Of a stretch of DNA of 64,000 nt, positions 39,287 through 49,122 are shown in pieces. This DNA comes from Candidatus Caccoplasma merdavium (GTDB lineage: Bacteria > Bacteroidota > Bacteroidia > Bacteroidales > UBA11471). The notes under the pieces were generated by a model. The model was not told where the DNA came from. It ran no database searches and worked only from the letters and a program-made list of their open reading frames with translations. A program made the position numbers and the translations under genes. The stretch lies in contig DVLI01000020.1 in assembly GCA_018715595.1 (NCBI GenBank), positions 12,586 to 76,585 on the forward strand. The letters are read 5' to 3'. Positions within the stretch are counted from its first letter, which is position 1; each line of letters begins with the position of its first letter.

Positions 39287-39570
39287 ATATATTTTTCACA
39301 AAGGAAATGCCCCCGACTCATAAAATACGCATTTGTGTTGATAACAAAAAAACGGTACCGGAACGTGCCGAACCCCACAAGCTGCCACGGGAACTTCTTG
39401 GATACCTATCGAGCCTTCGGGCCCACAGTTCCACGGGGCAATCGGGCAAAGCACAGAGGGACAATAAAGCGGCAGAATCGATTCCCATCTCTTTTCATGA
39501 AAGGCAACTCTTCTCCCACTTCCATGGGGCAAAAATGAGGCTAACGCGAGACCGGGAAAGCGGTTGCGAC

Positions 39571-39608
39571 AAAAAAGGCGGAGCCTCCATTGTTGTAGAG
39601 GCTCCGCC
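39571..39608 (-). terminator. Terminator after guaA
   Basis: GGCGGAGCCTC/GAGGCTCCGCC stem with six T on the minus strand. Confidence 0.85.
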
Positions 39609-39631
39609 CGGCGTATCTGCAAAAGTGAGTG

Positions 39632-41155
39632 TTATTCCCACTCGATGGTCGAAGGCGGTTTTGAACTGATGTCGTAGGTTACGCGGTTCACGCCCTTGAC
39701 CTTGTTGATGATTTCATTCGATATTTTCCCGAGGAACTCATACGGCAGGTGTGCCCAGTCGGCCGTCATAGCATCGGTCGAGGTAACGGCCCGCAAAGCG
39801 ACGGCATTCTCATAGGTGCGCTCATCGCCCATGACACCGACCGACTGCACGGGCAGCAGAATGGTGCCGGCCTGCCATACCTTGTCGTAGAGGCCCCAGT
39901 CGCGCAATCCCTGAATGAATATGTCGTCGGCATCTTGGAGTATGCGCACCTTCTCGGGGGTAATGTCGCCCAAAATGCGCACGGCCAAGCCCGGACCCGG
40001 GAAGGGGTGGCGGTTGATGAGACGTTCCATCATGCCCAACTCACGTCCTACGCGACGCACCTCGTCTTTGAAGAGGAGCCGCAACGGCTCGCAAAGTTTG
40101 AGGTTCATCTTCTCGGGGAGACCGCCCACATTGTGGTGGCTCTTGATGACCGTACCGGTGATGGAGAGCGACTCGATGACGTCGGGATATATCGTTCCCT
40201 GCGCCAGCCACTTCACGTCTTTTATCTTGCGGGCCTCTTCGTCGAAGACGTCGATAAAGCCCTTGCCGATGATTTTGCGTTTGCGCTCGGGCTCTTTCAC
40301 GCCGGCGAGCTCACTGTAAAATTTGTCTTTGGCATTGACTCCGATAACGTTGAGGCCAAGGTGTTCGTAGTCGTGCATCACGTTCTCGAACTCGTTCTTG
40401 CGCAACAGTCCGTGGTCGACAAAGATACAGGTAAGGTTTTTCCCGATGGCCTTGTTGAGCAACACGGCAGCGACCGAAGAATCGACACCTCCCGAGAGAC
40501 CAAGCACGACTTTGTCATCGCCCAGTTGCTCCCTGAGGTGAGCCACGGTCGTCTCGATAAACGATGCGGGCGACCAGTCTTGCTTGCACCCGCAAATATC
40601 GGCAACGAAGTTGCGCAAAATTTGGGTACCGTCTTCGGTATGGAAAACCTCGGGGTGGAACTGCACGCCCCACACCTTCTCGCCTTCTATCTGATATGCC
40701 GCAATGGCCACCTCATCGGTCGAGGCTATGGTCTTGAAGTTTTCGGGGACAGCCGTGATGGTATCGCCATGCGACATCCACACCTGAGTGTTCTCACGCA
40801 CGCCCTTGAAAAGCGGATTTTCTTTGCAGAAACGCGAGAGATGCGCCCGGCCGTATTCACGGCTTTGGGCGGGTTCTACTTTTCCGCCGTTGCTGTATGC
40901 CAAAAACTGGGCACCATAGCAGATACCCAAGATGGGATATTTACCGCGTATCTGCGACAAGTCGGCCTTGAAAGCCTTGCTGTCATATACCGAGAAGGGA
41001 CTGCCCGAGAGTATGACGCCCTTGATGCTCTCGTCGTCATGCGGGAATTTATTGTAAGGCACTATCTCGCAATAGGTGTCGAGCTCCCGCACGCGACGAC
41101 CGATGAGCTGCGTCGTCTGCGAGCCGAAATCGAGAATGATGATTTTTTCTTGCAT
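39632..41155 (-). CDS. guaA: GMP synthase (glutamine-hydrolysing)
   Basis: ILDFGSQ, GICYG, QFHPE, LSGGVDS, KSHHNV and KPPSTIEWE motifs. Confidence 0.97.
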   Translation of the reverse strand: MQEKIIILDFGSQTTQLIGRRVRELDTYCEIVPYNKFPHDDESIKGVILSGSPFSVYDSKAFKADLSQIRGKYPILGICYGAQFLAYSNGGKVEPAQSREYGRAHLSRFCKENPLFKGVRENTQVWMSHGDTITAVPENFKTIASTDEVAIAAYQIEGEKVWGVQFHPEVFHTEDGTQILRNFVADICGCKQDWSPASFIETTVAHLREQLGDDKVVLGLSGGVDSSVAAVLLNKAIGKNLTCIFVDHGLLRKNEFENVMHDYEHLGLNVIGVNAKDKFYSELAGVKEPERKRKIIGKGFIDVFDEEARKIKDVKWLAQGTIYPDVIESLSITGTVIKSHHNVGGLPEKMNLKLCEPLRLLFKDEVRRVGRELGMMERLINRHPFPGPGLAVRILGDITPEKVRILQDADDIFIQGLRDWGLYDKVWQAGTILLPVQSVGVMGDERTYENAVALRAVTSTDAMTADWAHLPYEFLGKISNEIINKVKGVNRVTYDISSKPPSTIEWE

Positions 41156-41252
41156 ATATTTTAAGATAAGTTTGTTCGGCAAGGATTGGATAGTTGGACA
41201 AATATAATCATATTGTCGCACATGCACAAATGTTTGCTCCGGGTGGCAAGCC

Positions 41253-42833
41253 TCAGAACTCCGACGTGAAATGGAACCGGATTTTCGGGAAATCACTCTG
41301 GGCCATCTGCAACACATACCCCGAGTCGGCCAGGAACACATCGCGGTCGTCGCGGTCTTTGGCCATAAACTGGTATTTGCGCTTTTTGAAGTTTTCAAGA
41401 GCCTCGGCATCGTCACTTTCTATCCAGCAAGCCTTATAGAGGCTGATGGGTTCCCAGCGGCACTGGGCTCCATACTCGTGGAGAAGACGATATTGTATGA
41501 CCTCGAACTGCAACTGCCCGACAGTGCCTATGATTTTACGGCCATTGAACTGGTTGACAAACATCTGAGCCACGCCCTCTCCCATCAACTGGTCGAGACC
41601 CTTGTTCAGCTGTTTGGTTTTCATCGGGTCGGTATTCTCGATATACTTGAACATCTCGGGCGAGAAACTGGGCAGCCCTTTGTAGTGAAGCTCCTCTCCG
41701 GCCGTGAGGGTATCGCCGATTTTGAAGTTTCCGGTATCGGGCAATCCCACAATATCGCCGGGATAGGCATCATCGACGGTCGACTTGCGCTGCGCCATGA
41801 AGGCCGTGGGGCTCGAAAAGCGCATCATCTTGCCCAAACGTATGTGCTTGTAGTTTTCGTTACGGACAAAGACTCCCGAGCACACTTTCACGAAAGCGAT
41901 GCAACTGCGATGGTTGGGGTCCATGTTGGCGTGTATCTTGAACACAAACCCCGAAAAAGCCTCTTCCTCGGGGCGCACGACACGCTCTATCGCCTGGACG
42001 GGACGGGGCGACGGAGCTATCTCGACAAAGCAGTCGAGCAACTCCCGCACGCCAAAATTGTTGAGCGCCGAGCCGAAAAAGACGGGAGCCAAATCACCTG
42101 CGAGATATTGTTCTACATCGAAGTCGGGATAAACCCCGGAAATCAATTCAAGGTCGGCACGCAACTTGGCGGCGTCGGCCTCCCCGATATGCTTTTCGAG
42201 CTCGGGACTGTCGATGTCGCGAAACTCGATGGCCTCGGTCACAACCTGCTTGCTGGGAGTATAAAGGTTGAGATTTTTCTCGTAGATGTTGTAAACCCCC
42301 TTGAAGCGTTGACCGATGTTGATGGGCCAACTGAGGGGACGCACGGAGATTTTGAGTTCCGACTCTATCTCGTCGAGCAGGTCGAAGGGGTCCTGCCCTT
42401 CGCGGTCGAGCTTGTTGACGAAGACAATGACCGGAGTCTTGCGCATGCGGCACACCTCCATCAGCTTACGCGTCTGAGCCTCAACGCCTTTTGCCACATC
42501 TATCACAATAATGACACTATCGACGGCCGTAAGGGTGCGATAGGTATCTTCGGCAAAATCCTGGTGACCGGGCGTATCGAGAATGTTGATTTTGTAGTCG
42601 CCGTAGTTAAATCCCATCACCGAAGTGGCTACCGAGATACCTCTTTGTTTCTCGATTTCCATCCAGTCCGAGGTAGCCGTTTTCTTTATCTTGTTCGATT
42701 TCACGGCACCGGCGACGTGTATGGCGCCACCGAAAAGCAAAAGTTTCTCGGTAAGGGTCGTTTTACCCGCATCGGGGTGGCTGATAATGGCAAATGTGCG
42801 TCGTTTCTGAATTTCTTCGGTCAATGTGCTCAC
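41253..42833 (-). CDS. prfC: Peptide chain release factor 3
   Basis: [22 protein letters not shown] and VGQLQFEV motifs. Confidence 0.97.
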   Translation of the reverse strand: MSTLTEEIQKRRTFAIISHPDAGKTTLTEKLLLFGGAIHVAGAVKSNKIKKTATSDWMEIEKQRGISVATSVMGFNYGDYKINILDTPGHQDFAEDTYRTLTAVDSVIIVIDVAKGVEAQTRKLMEVCRMRKTPVIVFVNKLDREGQDPFDLLDEIESELKISVRPLSWPINIGQRFKGVYNIYEKNLNLYTPSKQVVTEAIEFRDIDSPELEKHIGEADAAKLRADLELISGVYPDFDVEQYLAGDLAPVFFGSALNNFGVRELLDCFVEIAPSPRPVQAIERVVRPEEEAFSGFVFKIHANMDPNHRSCIAFVKVCSGVFVRNENYKHIRLGKMMRFSSPTAFMAQRKSTVDDAYPGDIVGLPDTGNFKIGDTLTAGEELHYKGLPSFSPEMFKYIENTDPMKTKQLNKGLDQLMGEGVAQMFVNQFNGRKIIGTVGQLQFEVIQYRLLHEYGAQCRWEPISLYKACWIESDDAEALENFKKRKYQFMAKDRDDRDVFLADSGYVLQMAQSDFPKIRFHFTSEF

Positions 42834-42868
42834 GAGGCGTGGGTATTATTTAATGATGTGGGTACTAT

Positions 42869-43735
42869 CTAATTTTGTTTCTGCAATATGTCGATGCATT
42901 TCCGTAAGCTCTCTTCCCAATGAGGAATGGCCACTTGATATGCCTCTTTTATCTTTTTCTTGTTCATCACGCTGTAAAAAGGCCGTGTGGCAGCCGTCGG
43001 ATACTCGGACGTGTTGATGGGTGATACCCGGCAGGTATCGATGCCGGCCAAGCGGTGTATCGTCACCGTGAAGTCGTACCAACTGCACACTCCCTCATCG
43101 GAAAAATTATAGATGCCCGGCTTGAACTCGGGCGCGCCAAGCACGGCAACGATGGCCGCAGCCAGGTCGGCCGCATAGGTAGGTGTTCCCACCTGGTCGA
43201 AAACGACAGAGAGTTTTTCTCTTTCCCGCCCCAATCGCAACATGGTCTTTACGAAATTGTTGCCGTAGGGTGAATACAACCACGACGTGCGCAATATCAC
43301 CGAAGCGGGATTGGAGGCCAGCAACAACTGCTCGCCTTCGAGCTTGGTAACGCCATAAACCGAGGTCGGTGCGACGGCATCGGTCTCGACATAGGGCATG
43401 TAATGCGTGCCACTATATACATAATCGGTCGAGACATGTATCATTTTCGCGCCTATCGCCGCTGAGGCTTTGGCAAGATTTTCTACGGCACAAGCATTGA
43501 TTTTACGACACAGCTCAATTTCGCTTTCCGCCTTATCCACAGCCGTATAAGCAGCGCAATTCACGACAAAATCGACAGGATTTTCAGTCAGGAATTTCTG
43601 CACCTGTGCCAAATCGGTAATATCGAGTTCCTGCACATCGGTAAAGATATAGCGACGAGTCTGGTCGACTCGGGCCATGTTGCGCATTTCATTGCCCAAC
43701 TGCCCGTTTGCTCCGGTAACAAGAATTGTAGTCAT
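42869..43735 (-). CDS. rfbD: dTDP-4-dehydrorhamnose reductase
   Basis: GANGQLG, CAAYTAVDKAE, STDYV, YGxTK and DQVGTPT motifs. Confidence 0.95.
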   Translation of the reverse strand: MTTILVTGANGQLGNEMRNMARVDQTRRYIFTDVQELDITDLAQVQKFLTENPVDFVVNCAAYTAVDKAESEIELCRKINACAVENLAKASAAIGAKMIHVSTDYVYSGTHYMPYVETDAVAPTSVYGVTKLEGEQLLLASNPASVILRTSWLYSPYGNNFVKTMLRLGREREKLSVVFDQVGTPTYAADLAAAIVAVLGAPEFKPGIYNFSDEGVCSWYDFTVTIHRLAGIDTCRVSPINTSEYPTAATRPFYSVMNKKKIKEAYQVAIPHWEESLRKCIDILQKQN

Positions 43736-43755
43736 GGTTGTGAATGATTGGAGAT

Positions 43756-44301
43756 TTATAATTCGAGTTCTCCGGCCTTCTCTTGCTTGTATTTTTCCGA
43801 GAGGAGAGCAAGGAACCGGGAGATTTGATGCACGGCTTTTTCGGTCTCGGGCGATATTTCCTTTTTCTGCAACCTCAACAGGAGAATGCCATAAAGGGCA
43901 TTGAAACAGGTTTCGAGTTCTCCGGCCTCGGTATTTCCCGAGCGGGCTCTCAACTCCACGATATAGGGCAAGGTTTTGAAAAAGGTGGCTCCGTAGAACG
44001 GTTCTCGTGTCGATTTCAACAGGCGCTGGTGCAAATCGGTAAGGTCAATCAAGACATTTTTGTTGATTTGCAAATGTCCTTTCTCCAAAACGCCTTCGAG
44101 ACGCATCATTTCGCACAGGTTGTCATACCACTCGCGTATCTCTTTGAGGGTCTCGGGCGACTGGTCACGATAACCGTCGATAATCTGTTTCTGTATCGTA
44201 TCGATGTCGCCATGGAATGCCCGTATGATATCTTCGATTTGCCACATGTATAGAAGATATTCGGCGATATTTTCTTGTTTCTTCTGTCGGGCAATAATCA
44301 T
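43756..44301 (-). CDS. DUF4924 family protein
   Basis: NIAEYLLYMWQIEDIIRA and EKGHLQ motifs. Confidence 0.8.
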   Translation of the reverse strand: MIIARQKKQENIAEYLLYMWQIEDIIRAFHGDIDTIQKQIIDGYRDQSPETLKEIREWYDNLCEMMRLEGVLEKGHLQINKNVLIDLTDLHQRLLKSTREPFYGATFFKTLPYIVELRARSGNTEAGELETCFNALYGILLLRLQKKEISPETEKAVHQISRFLALLSEKYKQEKAGELEL

Positions 44302-44308
44302 GGAAGAA

Positions 44309-45220
44309 TCAGTTTTTTTTCAGAAAATCGGCCGAAGCAATCACTTGATAGAATGTTTTGTCGGCGACACCCAACTGGCGGCACACCAAGCGGGCGGCAT
44401 TGATGTCGCACAGCAACTCTTCATCGCAGGGATAGGGCAAGGCGATTTCGGTTTTTGTACCTGTCAAGAAACAGGCATCGCCCTCCTTGCGATAAGGGTG
44501 TGCCTTGAAAGGTATGGCCGTAATGTCTTCGCGCACATTCTCGGCCCACTCCTGAAACACGGTAACAGCCTGATTGTATATGAGTATGCCGTCGCGGTCG
44601 ATGGAATTGACCGCCTTGTGCCATACATCGAGATAAGCCTCAAAGGTAGGATATTGGGGAGACTCTTTCCACAAGAGTGAAGAGAGAATCAGAATATTCG
44701 ACTTGTAATTGCGGCTTTCGGTATGGAGCAACAAATCACCGTCGAGGAGACAGATGCGGGTATTCTCCGAGAATACGACTTTGCGCGAAAGCCCTTGCAT
44801 AAAAGTCTTTGTCAGATAATCGCAATTACGTTTCTGTGATTGCAGTATATGCCAAATAATGGAAAGGATACGATTGGGAAAACGCGGATTGCTCTCGACG
44901 ACAAGGGCCTTGTTCTCGGTAAGGGAGATGAACAAATCGGCTACCGGGATAACGGGCAGATGCAAAGCCTCGGCATATTCTATTTCGGGGTCGGCATGAT
45001 TTTCGACATCGGCCAAGGAGGAGACGACGAAATTTACTTTCTGACCGGTCGCAATAACTTCCTGCAACGGCCCGACCAGGACACCGCCCTGTTGAAGTTT
45101 TGCCGTCAATTCGGGAGCACAACCCGAACAAGAAACAGACAGACCTTTCTCTTGCATGGCATAAGCCACACGCGACAAAAGGTCATCACCATAAGCAATA
45201 ATATGAATATTATCTATCAT
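44309..45220 (-). CDS. Degenerate MurC/Mpl-like protein (N-terminal and central domains only, no P-loop)
   Basis: Order and spacing of segments resemble Mur ligases (IHIIAYG, GLSVSCS, PEIEYAE, LLDGD, GILIYN, NAARLVC..LGV) but GKT is absent; intact 303-codon ORF. Confidence 0.65.
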   Translation of the reverse strand: MIDNIHIIAYGDDLLSRVAYAMQEKGLSVSCSGCAPELTAKLQQGGVLVGPLQEVIATGQKVNFVVSSLADVENHADPEIEYAEALHLPVIPVADLFISLTENKALVVESNPRFPNRILSIIWHILQSQKRNCDYLTKTFMQGLSRKVVFSENTRICLLDGDLLLHTESRNYKSNILILSSLLWKESPQYPTFEAYLDVWHKAVNSIDRDGILIYNQAVTVFQEWAENVREDITAIPFKAHPYRKEGDACFLTGTKTEIALPYPCDEELLCDINAARLVCRQLGVADKTFYQVIASADFLKKN

Positions 45221-45294
45221 AAATTCATGTTCTATCGACGCATGCGTCAAAGGGCATGAGCCCACTTGCCCACCGGCACCGATTTATTAGCTCA

Positions 45295-45302
45295 CAAAGG
45301 TA
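45295..45302 (-). promoter_or_regulatory. -7 promoter element for the Mur-like/DUF4924/rfbD/prfC run
   Basis: Minus-strand TACCTTTG about 75 nt upstream of the ATG. Confidence 0.55.
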
Positions 45303-45427
45303 CGATTTTCGCTTCACATTCGAAACACATTTGCGCCTTGTTTTTATCAACAATTTCGCATTTGTTTACACTTCTCAACAGTCAAGATGCGATGTATCTC
45401 TCTGTCCAAGGATTTTAAATAGGATTT

Positions 45428-48004
45428 TCAGAACGAGAAGTGCAGGGCGATGCGCACGCCGCCTTTGGCTACATTCTGATGCTCACGATAGGTAAGCCGC
45501 CACACATATTCGATGCGGAGAATCTTGAATATGTTGTCGAGGCCGGCACCGAACTCCATGTAGGGGCGGCGCGGGTCCATCACATATACCGCATTCTCAC
45601 CCGGGAATCGCCACAGGTTGGGATTCTGCTCGGTAAGCAACGGGTTGTTCTTGTCGGAAAGATTCCCGAAGAAACCCTTGAACGACAACACCTCTCTGAT
45701 GCGCAACATCTTGATCCAGGGAATGCGGTTGAAGAGGATTCCGTTGGCAAAGTAAGTAATGTCCCAAGAGGCATAGGAATCGAGCACAAACTCCATGGGG
45801 CTCATCAAGCTATATGACCCCTCCTGTATGGTGTAAGAAAGGTTGGCATTGGGCAGAATGAGCATGGTAAAGGGAGCCTGGTTCCACACATGGCTGAACT
45901 GGAATTCGGTTTCGAGATGGCCGAATGCCGAGAACCAAAAGTCTTTGGAGAAACGGAAATCGGTGCGGTTTATCATATAGGAGCTGCCCAGGAAATCTTT
46001 GGGCGAGAAGGTATGCGACAGGTAGAAAATGGGCGCATCGCGGTTGATGGGATAACGCATGCCCTTGGTCTGATAAAATTTCTCATTGGGGGCGTAACGC
46101 AAATGCACCTCGGTCTCGGCCCAATTATAGTACTTATGGCTCTTGCCGTTATTTTCGACAAAAGGCACCCAACGGGTCGACTCTTCGATTTTATAGCGGA
46201 GGTTGGCTCCGTATGAGAGCCCAAAATCATGCTCGCGCTGGTAAGAAAGTTCGGTTTTTTGGAGGTACGAAGTCTTGGTATCGCTCATACGCTTCAAGGC
46301 CAAAAAGACATTGTCTTTGTTGGTGTACTCATACTGCTGTCCCAACTGGTTGATGTCATAAGTGTGGGTAAGGGCCAAGGAGTGAATCTGATATTCGGCC
46401 GGCGAATAGCTCTTCTCGTTGAACGAGTACTCGACACGCGAAGAGTATTTGAAGCGTTGGTCCCGGAATCCATAGGCAACATAACCTTTCCAAAACCAGT
46501 GTTTGTTGAGGTTGGCCGTCGTGAAACCGCCGACCCGCAGACGGGCGCCTTCGACGGTGTTACCGCTGATGGTCGTGTTCATGGGGCCGAAGTCGAATTT
46601 GCTCAAATCCTTGTCTTCATTGGTTTCGACATATCCGGTGATGAGTATCTTTATGATTTTTTCGAGCCAATAATACACGGGGTTGGAGCGCAACTTCTCC
46701 AACAGTTGGCTCACCATGCCCTCTTTCTTTTTCAACTCGGCCTGCCGATTGTCGTCCCAAAAGGAGGTCGGCATGACTTCGGCCATCTCATCGACGACGA
46801 CCCGGTTTTCTTGGTTGAAGAGCGCCAGGACATCTTTCTCGACCGGGCGTTCGAAACTGTGCTTCCGGTACATCGCCAACCGCCGGGTATAGAGTTTGGG
46901 GGTTCCGGGCATCATCTGGAACTCCACCACCATGTCGTCTTTGGTCTTGATGCGGGTTCCGTCTTCGGCGCGGGTAAAGGTCTGACTGATAATCAAGTCC
47001 TCGACAAAGTTGAGATTGATGTCTTTGGGCACGGCCATGTCGAGTTTCTTGATGAAGTAGGTCGAGTCGAGCGTCACATACATCGTACCCACAAAACCGG
47101 CCGACTCGGAGTTGAACGGGACAAATTGCAGTTTGAGGCATTTCTCCCCGTCGAGCATGAGCGTGTCGCCCAAATAATATTTATAGAAGGCAGGGCCCAA
47201 CGTCGAAAGCGGGCTCACAAAGCGGGTGAGCATCAGCGTGATGTTGTTCTGGAAAATGTCTATCTCCTTGAACACCTCGTTGTAAAATGCCGTGATACCT
47301 TCGCGGCTGAACATATCGTCGACGCCCTCGTGGTAAACGCCCTCGACCTTCTGACGGCGCTGCTCGGGATTCTTGCGATAATAACTCTTCGACACCTTCT
47401 CCCGAATGGAAACGGTAAGGATAGGTTTGCCGGTTATCTCCGAAGTGTCGACAAAATCGAAGAGGAACTGGAAATTCTTGAATATCCACTTGTCTTTCTT
47501 CTCTTCGGAAAAATCGTTCAGCGCCATCGTCATCTTGTCATACTGCTCATAGGAGTAGAAATCATGGCTTTCGGGATTATTCAGGTCTCTCCTGTCGATG
47601 AGCTTTTTCACAAATTCGACGGCGGGATTGTTCTTGCGGCTGTACTTCTCTTTCTTGGGGCTGATATTGACATCTTTGAGGATATAGTCCGACGGCCGCA
47701 AAGCGATGTTTACCACATGCGTTCCACCGGGTTTGATGGGGATTCGTTTCTCGCGGTAACCCAGCGAGGTGGCTCCCACCTCGGAAAAATCGGTGCGCGA
47801 GGTGCGTATCGTGTAGCGGCCGTTTTCGTCGGTCATCACACCCGAAGTCGTACCGCCCAGAAATACCGATATATAAGAAAGAGGAGCCTCGGTAATCGAG
47901 TCGGTGACGATACCCGTGATGGTTGTCGTCTGCGCGTCGGCCCGATAAACAGGGAATAATAAAAGGGTGAGCATCGCAAGTATGCTCGTGATATATTTAC
48001 TCAT
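45428..48004 (-). CDS. DUF5686-type outer-membrane protein with N-terminal carboxypeptidase-regulatory-like domain
   Basis: Signal peptide, ITGIVTD...TDENGRY...SLGY domain, C-terminal beta-barrel ending in F. Confidence 0.82.
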   Translation of the reverse strand: MSKYITSILAMLTLLLFPVYRADAQTTTITGIVTDSITEAPLSYISVFLGGTTSGVMTDENGRYTIRTSRTDFSEVGATSLGYREKRIPIKPGGTHVVNIALRPSDYILKDVNISPKKEKYSRKNNPAVEFVKKLIDRRDLNNPESHDFYSYEQYDKMTMALNDFSEEKKDKWIFKNFQFLFDFVDTSEITGKPILTVSIREKVSKSYYRKNPEQRRQKVEGVYHEGVDDMFSREGITAFYNEVFKEIDIFQNNITLMLTRFVSPLSTLGPAFYKYYLGDTLMLDGEKCLKLQFVPFNSESAGFVGTMYVTLDSTYFIKKLDMAVPKDINLNFVEDLIISQTFTRAEDGTRIKTKDDMVVEFQMMPGTPKLYTRRLAMYRKHSFERPVEKDVLALFNQENRVVVDEMAEVMPTSFWDDNRQAELKKKEGMVSQLLEKLRSNPVYYWLEKIIKILITGYVETNEDKDLSKFDFGPMNTTISGNTVEGARLRVGGFTTANLNKHWFWKGYVAYGFRDQRFKYSSRVEYSFNEKSYSPAEYQIHSLALTHTYDINQLGQQYEYTNKDNVFLALKRMSDTKTSYLQKTELSYQREHDFGLSYGANLRYKIEESTRWVPFVENNGKSHKYYNWAETEVHLRYAPNEKFYQTKGMRYPINRDAPIFYLSHTFSPKDFLGSSYMINRTDFRFSKDFWFSAFGHLETEFQFSHVWNQAPFTMLILPNANLSYTIQEGSYSLMSPMEFVLDSYASWDITYFANGILFNRIPWIKMLRIREVLSFKGFFGNLSDKNNPLLTEQNPNLWRFPGENAVYVMDPRRPYMEFGAGLDNIFKILRIEYVWRLTYREHQNVAKGGVRIALHFSF

Positions 48005-48147
48005 CGGCAAATTTCTTACACTTCAAGCGGCAAAGGTAGAAAAAATATCGACTCCCGCCTACACGAGATTGGGAATCATAGATTCCTTAACATTCAAATC
48101 GGGTATTTTATTTATCTTTACCGACCAAACGGACAATTATGTTTTTT

Positions 48148-48618
48148 ATGGGACAAGAAATTGAAAAAAAATTTTTGGTCATAAACAATCTTTATAAGAA
48201 AGAGGCCTCCTCAACGCATTATAGACAAGGGTATTTGTGCACCGACAGCGACCGCACCGTGCGCATACGCATCGCGGGCGAGAAGGGCTACATCACCATA
48301 AAGGGGCACACCACGGGGTGCAGCCGAGCCGAATATGAATATGAAATACCGGCTGCCGACGCCGCCTCGATGCTCGACACGCTGTGTGTAAAACCCCTCA
48401 TCGAGAAGATACGCTACCGCTGCACCGGCCCCGACGGCAAGGTGTGGGAGGTCGACGAGTTTCTCGGCGAGAACGAAGGTCTCGTCGTGGCCGAGATAGA
48501 ACTTGCCTACGAAAACGAGCCCTTTGCCCGCCCCGCTTGGTTGGGCGAAGAAGTGACCGGCGACGTGCGCTATTACAACTCCTACCTGTCGCAAAATCCC
48601 TACAAAGGGTGGAAATAG
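48148..48618 (+). CDS. CYTH domain protein
   Basis: EIEKKF (ExExK), QGYL, VRIR, EYEY, WEVDEF and AEIEL motifs. Confidence 0.92.
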   Translation: MGQEIEKKFLVINNLYKKEASSTHYRQGYLCTDSDRTVRIRIAGEKGYITIKGHTTGCSRAEYEYEIPAADAASMLDTLCVKPLIEKIRYRCTGPDGKVWEVDEFLGENEGLVVAEIELAYENEPFARPAWLGEEVTGDVRYYNSYLSQNPYKGWK

Positions 48619-48817
48619 CCCCGGTCACAATCGGATATGGCTCCTGACATGACAACGGCGAGTAGGAAAGCTCTTTCACATTTACCAAGCCATTGTCAAG
48701 AATTGCAACAGCATAGCCCGGTTGCCCGTGAGCGACACGGTTGCATGACACGTCGAAAAAATCGGGTATGAACAAAATATTTTTCGGTTCTCGATTGGAG
48801 AATTGAAAAATAGTTTA

Positions 48818-48825
48818 TACTTTTG
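48818..48825 (+). promoter_or_regulatory. -7 promoter element for tRNA-Ser
   Basis: TACTTTTG about 25 nt upstream of the tRNA. Confidence 0.65.
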
Positions 48826-48849
48826 TCCCCGATTTCAAGAACGACCTAT

Positions 48850-48939
48850 GGAAAGATGCCGGAGTGGTCGATCGGGACGGTCTCGAAAACCGTTGTACCC
48901 TTACGGGTACCCAGGGTTCGAATCCCTGTCTTTCCGCCA
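48850..48939 (+). tRNA. tRNA-Ser(CGA)
   Basis: GGAAAGA/TCTTTCC acceptor stem, G discriminator plus encoded CCA, ACGGT-CTCGAAA-ACCGT anticodon arm, long variable arm, GGTTCGAATCC T-arm. Confidence 0.97.
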
Positions 48940-48940
48940 G

Positions 48941-48969
48941 CAACCCAGCCACCTTGGCTGGGTTGTTTT
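48941..48969 (+). terminator. Terminator after tRNA-Ser
   Basis: CAACCCAGCCA-CCT-TGGCTGGGTTG followed by TTTT. Confidence 0.85.
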
Positions 48970-49122
48970 GTTTATAGCATTTTCATCGTCATTGTCTCAA
49001 ATCTCCCCGCATCGACATTTCTCCGCTCAATTTTGTAAACTGACCAATTATCCCCAAAACAAGGGAACACAAAATAATCTGCCTCCTCCGGCGTTTATCA
49101 AGAAAAGCCCCTTAACAATACA

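Noticed and set aside
39211-39631. oriC or CRISPR array in the guaA-dnaN spacer
   Set aside because: Only two DnaA-like boxes, no clear DUE repeats and no adjacent dnaA; the repeats are short, irregularly spaced and have no cas genes nearby
39227-39669. Three 100-120 aa ORFs in the guaA-dnaN spacer
   Set aside because: They overlap each other, the terminator and the promoter, and show no recognisable motifs
48850-49122. tRNA-Ser as an occupied integration site
   Set aside because: No integrase, no duplicated tRNA 3' end seen in the window, and a normal terminator follows the tRNA
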